Source: Neophaeotheca triangularis
Lineage: Eukaryota
DNA length: 64,000 bases
Assembly: GCA_054600435.1 (NCBI GenBank)
Contig: BAAIJX010000016.1
Location: 124,001-188,000 of the forward strand
Reading direction: 5' to 3'
Shown one piece after another: positions 56,846 through 64,000 of this stretch; within the stretch, counting starts at the first letter, position 1, and each line of letters opens with the position of its first letter. Position numbers and translations under genes: made by a program. The notes beneath the pieces were generated by a model that ran no database searches, had not been told where the DNA came from, and worked only from the letters and a program-made list of their open reading frames with translations.

Positions 56846-59728
56846 CTATTGCGCGCGCGCCTGCGGGTTATTGGCAAGCGCATTCTGCATAGCCGCGAAC
56901 TGAGCGTTGAGCCCATCACCGCCACCACTACCCTGCTGCTGTTGCTGACCCCCACCGCCCTGCTGGTTCTGCTGGTGTTGCATAGCAGCTGCATACTGCT
57001 GTTGGTTCATCATCCCGCCCGACATTTGCATGGGGTTCATACCGCCAGGTGTCATGGCGGGCATGGCTCCGGGGCTGCCCGCACCGCCGCCTTGGACCCC
57101 GTTCCCACCGTTGTTCCCGCCGTTGCCCATGCCTTGCATCTGGCCCGCGAGCATGGCTTGTTGCTGGCGCAGGTTTTGCATGTACTGCGAAGGGTTGCTG
57201 GGGTCGTTCATGCCGCCCTGCTGCTGGCGCATGGCGGCCATTTGCTGGGCGCGCTGTTGCATTTGGGCGGCTTGAGCGGCTTGCTGGCGGCGTAACATGT
57301 TTTGCATGACGGGAGGCATGGATTGGATCATTTGCGGCGGGATGTTTTGGTAGCCGCCGTGGGCATGGGCGATTTGCTTAAGTTTGATCTGCGCTTGTTG
57401 TTGTTGGTGTATCATGTTTTGGCGTTGCATGGATTGTTGGTGCGCGAGCATGTTAGGGTCGTTGCCACCGCCGCCTTGAGGAGTTTGTGGTTGCTGTTGC
57501 ATGTTGTTCATGTTGTGCTGTTGCTGTTGCTGGCCCGGGTGGCTGTGGCCCATGTTGGGAGTTTGTGGGTTCATCGGGCTACCGGCTTGGAATTGTCGGG
57601 AGCTGTTCGTCAGCATCTGAACGCAGCGCTGGGCGTTTGTGTGGTGTTGCTGGGCGAGTGCCTGGTTTTGGTTGTTGATGGCAATTTGCGCTTGTCTAAG
57701 GTAGTTCTCCCGCATGCCCATGATCCGTTGGCGCTCGTTTTGCATGCTCGCTTGCGCTTGTGAAGCCTGCTGGAACTGCTCCGGAGTCATTTGGGTCTGC
57801 GGCGAGCCTGCGCTGCCTTGAATACCGGCATGCTGGAGATTTTGTTGGTTGCGTTGATTGAGGAGCATCATTTGTTCAGGCGTGAGTTGCTGGCCTTGGT
57901 TGTTAAACTGCGGCGTAGCCATTGACATGGCGGAGGGCGTGCCATCTTGCATTCCCGGCGCGGGGCTGCCGTGGGGCATTCGTGGTGTTTGGGAAGACTG
58001 CCGGTTTGGCATCGCTTGAGTCATGTTAGGTGTTCCTTGCGACACTTGCGGCGTATTGTTACGACTCCCTTGCTGTTGACTTTGGTTTCTAGCCATTGCG
58101 ACATGCTGGGGTATGGCGGCAGAGGTAGCACGTGCCGGACTGCCGGCCCCTTGGCTGGATGTGGGTACCATGGGGAAGCCACCATTGTTCATCATTGGAG
58201 AGGAATTCATCATGGGCGTCTGCTGCCTAGGTGGGGGACTTGACTGTTGGGCAGCAGACCCGGGGTGCTGGAAGCCTTGCTGGGCATGTCCCTGGTTTTG
58301 TTGCGCTTGCTGCTGGGCCAAGAGCTGCTGTTGCTGCTGATGCTGCTGAGCCGCGGCGATCTGTTGTGCCCTCTCAGCGTTTTGCTTCTGCTGCATCATC
58401 TGATTCTGGCGTTGCGCGAGTTGCGCTTGCTGCTGTTGCTGTGCCATTAACTTCCTCTGTTCGTTTTGTTGAGTTAGCTTGTCCCGTTGCATCTGCTCCT
58501 CGTACTGCTTCTTCTCAACTGCCAATCTCGCCTCTTCCTCCTTCTTGACGCGTTCGTTCTCTTCGTGCTTTTGCCTCACCATCTCTAGTGTCTTGAATCG
58601 GGAGAAGCTTAGCGAAGCCGCTGCACCTTGATTGTCGTTTGTCGCTGTTCCAGCGCCAGTGCGACCTGAAGGCTTGATTCGTTCGTCCATGATGAGCATC
58701 CTGCGCTCGGCTTCAGCCGCTTGTGCATCGTCGGCGGCCATCTCCGCGGTTGTCCGCTTGCGAGTCTTTGGCGACGGTGGCTTGCCGGAGTGCAGTGGAT
58801 GGGCCATCATCTCAAGCATGCGTTGTGATTCTTCGAAGCTACGTGCGGGCTCCAGCATGAGCGGTGGCTGGGTAGCAACGAGCAGCTCAGCCTCGAACTC
58901 ATACATGTTGCTCTCATCCACCATCATCTTCCGTGGCTCGTTAACCAGGCCTCGGGTCGTTGTAGTAGGTGTGGGTGGCACAGAAAGTCGAGGAGTAGGT
59001 GGCTGCCCATTTGTGTCTGCTTCGCCGCCTTTTCTGCTAGCGTCCGATGCTGGAGTCTCGGCAAGCAGCAGCATCTCGTAGTGCATCGTGAGTTGGGTCG
59101 GATGCAGCACAATCGTGGTAAGCTTTGGTCCCCCCTCCTCTTTGTCCTTGTTCGGCTTCTCCGGCGCTGCCATCTCGCCATTGGTGCTCTCTTCGGGTTT
59201 CGTGCTGGGTTTCGGCGAGGTCTCTGCGGCTTTTTTCGGGTATGGCGCAAATGGCGACGGCGTAATGTGCTCGTTGTAGTTGTTCATAGAGAATCTGACT
59301 CCATCCTCGGTATCCGCAGCCCCTCCCTTATTTGTCACTTTTGCGCCGGCAGATCTGTGGTTGTAGACTTGAACAATCAGGCAGCCATCGTAGAAGGGAA
59401 CGTTCTGCTGAAGGAGTTCCTCGAGCATCTCGTGCGGGACGGTTTGGGAGCGCAAGTGCTGCAGGATAGCCTTGACAGGCGAGTCGTAGGCGAAACTTCC
59501 ATCCTGGCCTTCGAAGCGAAAGTGGGTTGGGTGGAGGTGAATAGTGAGGGAGGGCGGCTTGCCAGCGTGTTTTTTGAGGATGTAGGCCGAGTCGCGCACA
59601 TGAGGCTCGTCAAGCTTACGCTTCTTGCTGGCCGACTCCTCCATGACATTTCGCTGTGCCGGTCGTTGACTCTCGCGACGCCGCGGCGCCCCCTGGGAGG
59701 GAGGGCGCGCAACGGCAGCGGCGGCCAT
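56846..59728 (-). CDS. SPT20: SAGA complex subunit Spt20
   Basis: Intronless 960-aa ORF with the Spt20 domain (YILKKHAGKPPSLTIHLHPTHFRFEGQDGSFAY...VPFYDGCLIVQVYNHR...TIVLHPT) and a long Q/M/N-rich C-terminus. Confidence 0.93.
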   Translation of the reverse strand: MAAAAVARPPSQGAPRRRESQRPAQRNVMEESASKKRKLDEPHVRDSAYILKKHAGKPPSLTIHLHPTHFRFEGQDGSFAYDSPVKAILQHLRSQTVPHEMLEELLQQNVPFYDGCLIVQVYNHRSAGAKVTNKGGAADTEDGVRFSMNNYNEHITPSPFAPYPKKAAETSPKPSTKPEESTNGEMAAPEKPNKDKEEGGPKLTTIVLHPTQLTMHYEMLLLAETPASDASRKGGEADTNGQPPTPRLSVPPTPTTTTRGLVNEPRKMMVDESNMYEFEAELLVATQPPLMLEPARSFEESQRMLEMMAHPLHSGKPPSPKTRKRTTAEMAADDAQAAEAERRMLIMDERIKPSGRTGAGTATNDNQGAAASLSFSRFKTLEMVRQKHEENERVKKEEEARLAVEKKQYEEQMQRDKLTQQNEQRKLMAQQQQQAQLAQRQNQMMQQKQNAERAQQIAAAQQHQQQQQLLAQQQAQQNQGHAQQGFQHPGSAAQQSSPPPRQQTPMMNSSPMMNNGGFPMVPTSSQGAGSPARATSAAIPQHVAMARNQSQQQGSRNNTPQVSQGTPNMTQAMPNRQSSQTPRMPHGSPAPGMQDGTPSAMSMATPQFNNQGQQLTPEQMMLLNQRNQQNLQHAGIQGSAGSPQTQMTPEQFQQASQAQASMQNERQRIMGMRENYLRQAQIAINNQNQALAQQHHTNAQRCVQMLTNSSRQFQAGSPMNPQTPNMGHSHPGQQQQQHNMNNMQQQPQTPQGGGGNDPNMLAHQQSMQRQNMIHQQQQAQIKLKQIAHAHGGYQNIPPQMIQSMPPVMQNMLRRQQAAQAAQMQQRAQQMAAMRQQQGGMNDPSNPSQYMQNLRQQQAMLAGQMQGMGNGGNNGGNGVQGGGAGSPGAMPAMTPGGMNPMQMSGGMMNQQQYAAAMQHQQNQQGGGGQQQQQGSGGGDGLNAQFAAMQNALANNPQARAQ

Positions 59729-60119
59729 GGCTGGGTTGCTACTGCGTTCCTACCGCGGTATGCTCCCAGTCTCGGCGCCCGGTACGGCCATTTGCTAGAC
59801 TGAAGTTCGTCGAACTGCTGATGCTTTTGCGACGGCGAATTCGAGCTTTGTGAGTATGCGCGCGTCCGGGAACGTGTGGTGTCGCGAGGTGGTAGGTAAG
59901 GTCATAGGTCGTGTGTCGCTCAAGTGTGGCTGAGGTCTGGGGAATGCCCATCGCGGGACCTCCCGTTTGCTTAGTCAGGGGGCCAGGTCGACTGCCATTC
60001 GCTACCTGCAACCTCATCAGAACGCGTCGTGCCCTTAAGCGGTCACCACCTAAAAACAAAAAACTCCTGTTGTCGTATTTCCCCCCTCCGTTTACCGATC
60101 GATAAAAAAGTACTACAAG

Positions 60120-61531
60120 ATGGCAGCAGAAGTCGCAGCAGGAGTCTGGGCAGCCGAGGAGGTTGTGTCGACCACCGCCCAAGCCGGAGTAGCCGCCTAC
60201 GCCGTGGCAAAGCCCACCATGCCATTGAAGGCCACCTTTTCCCAGATTGCAGCTGCCAAAGACGACGAGACAGAGTATGTCGAGTCTCACATGCTGTGGG
60301 TTCAGCCCTGACTAACAACTTTGAAAGACGCTCATTGGCGCGTTCAAACGCTACCATCTCTGTTGTCGGCAACAAATCTTATGTCTTTGGTGGCGAGAGG
60401 GCAGACGGCGAACTGGCCAGCAATGATGTTCATGCCATCACCCTTGAAGCCTCCGGAAAAGCCGAGCCGGAATACCATCTTCTGCCTCCTGTGACGGATC
60501 CCGAAGGCGGCGACGTTCCTGCTGCAAGGACCAAGCACTCCGCTTGTGCGTTCAATGTCTGCGTAGCCGTCTACGGAGGTTGCGATGCCAAGGGGGATCT
60601 CGTCGACAAGGAATCCATCATCTGGCTTTACAACACCGGGAAGTCAGCATGGGAGAGCATGAAATCAGCAGACCCCAAGGCACCGGCTCCCGGTTCGAGG
60701 AGTCAATGCAGCCTTTTCAACTTCAAAAACAACATCCTCCTCTATGGCGGCAAGAATGACCAAGAATCCGTCAAAGACCTTTGGTACTTCGACTACGCCG
60801 GTAAGACCTGGACACAGCTTCCCAGCGCTCCTGTCTCCGTGACAAATGCCGCTCTCGCCGACGGCTCCCTATACCTGATCTCAGGCCAAGACAGCATGAG
60901 CAGCCAAGTCCACTCACTCGACATCGGCAAAGCTCTCGAAGAAGCCAGAAACCCTGTCGCCCAAGAACCCCAAAAGCCCTCTAGTGACGTAGAAGACGAG
61001 GAAGAGCCCTCGCCCTCAATCAAATGGACCACCACCACCTTCCCAACCAACCCTTTAACCCCAGGCCCGCGCCCTCGTTTCGGCGGCGGCCTCCTCCCAA
61101 TCAGCACCGGCTACGGCCGCAACTACCTGCTCTACTTCTTCGGCTCGCGCCAGTCCCCACTAAACAACAACCTCGACCCATCGACCCACGACGACCCAAC
61201 CCAATGGTCCGACATCTGGACCTACCAAGTCGAGTCCGCAACCCCACAAGCCAAGGCCACCACCAGCTTCACCGACATGGTAAAACCGGCCGCTATCAAG
61301 GACGCCATTCGCTCCAAATTGGGCTATGACAGTGGCCAGCACAGCTGGGCTGAAGTGGAGGTGCAAGCGCCAGGCGACATTACCGATGTCGGCGAAGGGA
61401 AGCTGCACCCAGGGCCCAGGGGCTTTTTCGGCGCGGATGTCATGGAGGATGGGAGGACGGTGGTGATTTGGGGAGGAATTAATGCTAGAGGGGAGAGGGA
61501 GGGCGATGGGTGGATGATCAGGTTGCAGTAG
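60120..61531 (+). CDS. Kelch-repeat (galactose oxidase-like beta-propeller) protein; intron 60275-60327
   Basis: ATG at 60120 (MAAEVAAGVW...) spliced through GTATGT..ACTAAC..AAG into kelch repeats (YVFGG, AVYGG, LLYGG...DLWYFD, VIWGG). Confidence 0.88.
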
Positions 61532-63069
61532 GGCTGATGATACCGAGGATGAAGGGTATTGACATGACGATGATGGCTAAGGGATACGACTGCCTATGAG
61601 CCTACTGTGTCAAAAGGGAGGTTTGATTAATACAATTTCTCCATAATTGTCGAGGTTGCGATCGGCGTAGCTTTGATCTTTCGAAGTTTCGAAGACTTTC
61701 GGGAATCAAATTATTTTCTCACCTCGTCCTTCGACCACAAACCAACAACGCGGAAACCTCGTTAAGCTCCACAGTATGAGCTAGCAAAACATCGGTGTTT
61801 TCTTTTCTCGAAACAAGCAGCAAGTTCTGGAGCAAACTTGGGCATGCACCACGACTCACGAGCACTGCTTCCAAGAACTGAAAATTGCTCCGCAACATCG
61901 AGTACGTTGCCGCACAAGTGGCTTCTGTGACAAAGAGAGCATTAGAAGATGCGAACCGCCATGTTGGCGACAAAGCCTGGAGTGTCATCACTTTTTGGCA
62001 AGGTTTTCGTTCACCTTCTGGGTCCAGCTCTATTGCGTTAGAAGCTCCTTTCTCTAGCGATTTCTGTCTGCTTCTATTGAATCGAGACAACTCTGAAAGA
62101 AAGCGGTTTGAAATAAGTATTCCCTCTCTCGACGTGGTTTCACTCTCCACTCCTTCACTTCTCCACATCAGTACATTACCGCATTACTAACGTTACACTT
62201 TACACCTCTCTTTTCGGGCGCTCGTTGCAACCTCGAGCGCCTCATGGGCCCCTAGTCTCGACTAGCCCACATCATGAGCCTCAACACCTGCTTGCACGGC
62301 ACTGTTAACGCTTCCGATGACTTATACCTCACTCATGTCTGCAGTATACTTCAGTTTAGGTAAGCTTTGTTCCTATTCACCCCCTTACTCTGTCCTCACT
62401 TGACGTCGTATATTTCACCTCTCTTCACCTCACGCCACCTCACCTCACCTTACCTCGTCACAATTACCCGGTTTTCACTTCGACCTCACTCTTTAGCATG
62501 TGTATAAGTAGCTTGCTAATGCTGACCACTTGCCGAAAGGTACAAGTACCTCTCATGCTCCAATTCCTCCGTCTATATTACAACAAGAAGCTTCGAAATC
62601 TAGATCTTCGGTAAGTTCAAACCATTCTTCTCTCGAATACCACAGGCCTCCAGAGTGAAGACGAGTGCTTGGGATCCTAACCTCCTTTCTCCAGCGACCT
62701 GCCCTCGAACTGCCTCCAGAATCCTAGGAATACTACAACCTCACTTGAAATCGCCTCGCTTCTTTCTTCCCTGCCACTTCAACACCTAGTCAGGGACTCA
62801 CAGCGCCTCCGACACTCATACTGACACCGTTTATGCTCCGCTCAATGGCGAGGAGAAAGAGACCGTGCCGTATACGACCCGTCTTACTTTGTCATCATCT
62901 GTTGAAGGTACCCAGACCCCGCCTGTGCGTGCCACCAAGAAAGAAAGCGCCGGCCTCGAACCAGTGCCCACGGACAAGCCCAAGCTGGATGTAGTCCGCC
63001 CAGCGAAGCTGCCTGAGAGCCTCCGATACTACTTCTATCTCGCAGCTAGGGGGGTTGCCGGGAGCACGG

Positions 63070-63095
63070 GGAGGGCGAGGGTCTGCCGAGCGACC
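63070..63095 (+). repeat. 26-bp exact dispersed direct repeat, copy 2 (copy 1 at 55312-55337)
   Basis: Identical 26-mer. Both copies are preceded closely by gttgccgg. Confidence 0.9.
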
Positions 63096-63822
63096 TAATT
63101 GTCTTTGGAGGAAAATGGGTGTGCGGTTTCTCGGCGGCTTTATCAGCAGTATACAGCGACGTGTCACGGCCAGGAATCATTCAGTATCTCCCGGTTTGCC
63201 ATTTTCAACACTGAAGCCTTTGAGCCCGAGGTTTGGGTGATCATGCGACTCAACCGGAGACTTCGGAAGGTAGTGGCCAGCTCTTCCGGACAGCCTACAC
63301 TCTGGCAAAAACCCCCCGATCAATAAGCAGATACTCATACCTTCAGCTCCATCTCTATACTCATAAAACTCCCAAGGGGACGCAACCAGCGATATCCTTG
63401 ACCACAGCACCCACATATCACGGTCTCTAAGCGGCCGAGAGTCTTTCACAATGGCCCTTAGCGGGCAAAAGATCTTACCCTAACTTGAAACCCGATACGA
63501 TTGCATTGATCGAGACATGGAGTGGACAGCCCAGAGTGCTCGAGCGTACAAGGGCGTCACCAGCTTGGTAACAGTCACCACGGTCAGCTATACAGCTCTG
63601 GCGCTTTTGCATCCAATAACACGAGACCATAGACCACAATTTCACCTCGCCTCTACTGAATTGCTGCCGCTTAACAGCAGCTAGGTGACTACGATACGAA
63701 GAGACAGAAACAATTGGAAAACCGCAAAAGGTCCGTCACACCTCCCAAAAGTTAAGCAAAAAATCAATTACCCCGATTTATATACCCCCTCAACTCTCAG
63801 ACAGGGCAGTAAGCACTCCCAC

Positions 63823-64000
63823 CTACAAAATCCCCTCCTTGACATACATATCCATGTACTCATCTACAGCCATCCCATAAAGCTTCTTCGGGTCATTACC
63901 CAAATCCACCAACTTCTGAACATGGCTCTCACTGAAATGCGGGCCCAAGTGACGCTTGTACTTGCTCAGAATTTCGGGCTTGGCCTCCTCGCGGCGGTTC
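63823..64000 (-). CDS. prpD: 2-methylcitrate dehydratase (MmgE/PrpD family), 3' end only
   Basis: Manual translation NRREEAKPEILSKYKRHLGPHFSESHVQKLVDLGNDPKKLYGMAVDEYMDMYVKEGIL* resembles the C-terminus of fungal PrpD/Pdh1. Confidence 0.8.
   Translation of the reverse strand, partial: NRREEAKPEILSKYKRHLGPHFSESHVQKLVDLGNDPKKLYGMAVDEYMDMYVKEGIL

Noticed and set aside
56561..59803. Long plus-strand ORFs (244, 153, 149 and 240 aa)
   Set aside because: Antisense to the Q-rich SPT20 coding sequence.
60029..60327. N-terminus of the 500-aa kelch ORF as given
   Set aside because: It starts at a non-ATG codon and reads through an intron. The real first exon is 60120-60274 in another frame.
1..64000. 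tRNA, rRNA, snoRNA or intact transposon
   Set aside because: No tRNA A/B boxes with a cloverleaf, rRNA motifs, transposase/RT ORFs, LTRs or TIRs were recognised by eye. tRNAscan-SE, Infernal and RepeatModeler would be needed to exclude them.

Overview
Eukaryotic fungal genomic DNA with GT-AG introns and CTAAC/CTGAC branch points. The gene content looks like a filamentous ascomycete, probably Dothideomycetes; this is an impression, not a database result. About 21 protein-coding loci can be supported: 5' end of a Zn2Cys6 transcription factor, ATP12, a GNS1/SUR4 elongase, a 905-aa conserved unknown, a secreted Kex2-type crystallin-like protein, a multi-exon GNAT protein, ARL2, a DUF4045/gelsolin-like protein, a GFA/CENP-V protein, a Myb-like orphan, a secreted alpha/beta hydrolase, UTP10, a PPR protein, a histidine phosphatase, an MFS transporter, a Pth11-like protein, a peroxisomal crotonase, a DUF2293 protein, SPT20, a kelch protein and the 3' end of PrpD. 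Gene-poor islands with orphan or decayed ORFs lie at about 25.2-32.4 kb, 52-56.5 kb and 61.6-63.7 kb. The most striking observation is the GNAT gene at 13215-16411 (-). It has four consecutive stop-free, 3n, phase-2 candidate introns alternating with symmetric mini-exons that mostly start with a YVPPH-like motif, so both intron retention and exon skipping keep the frame. Also notable are a recurrent C-rich to G-rich switch near gene 3' ends and an exact 26-bp repeat shared by two orphan loci. No tRNA, rRNA, CRISPR array or intact transposon was recognised. Exon coordinates were read by eye and may be off by a few bases.
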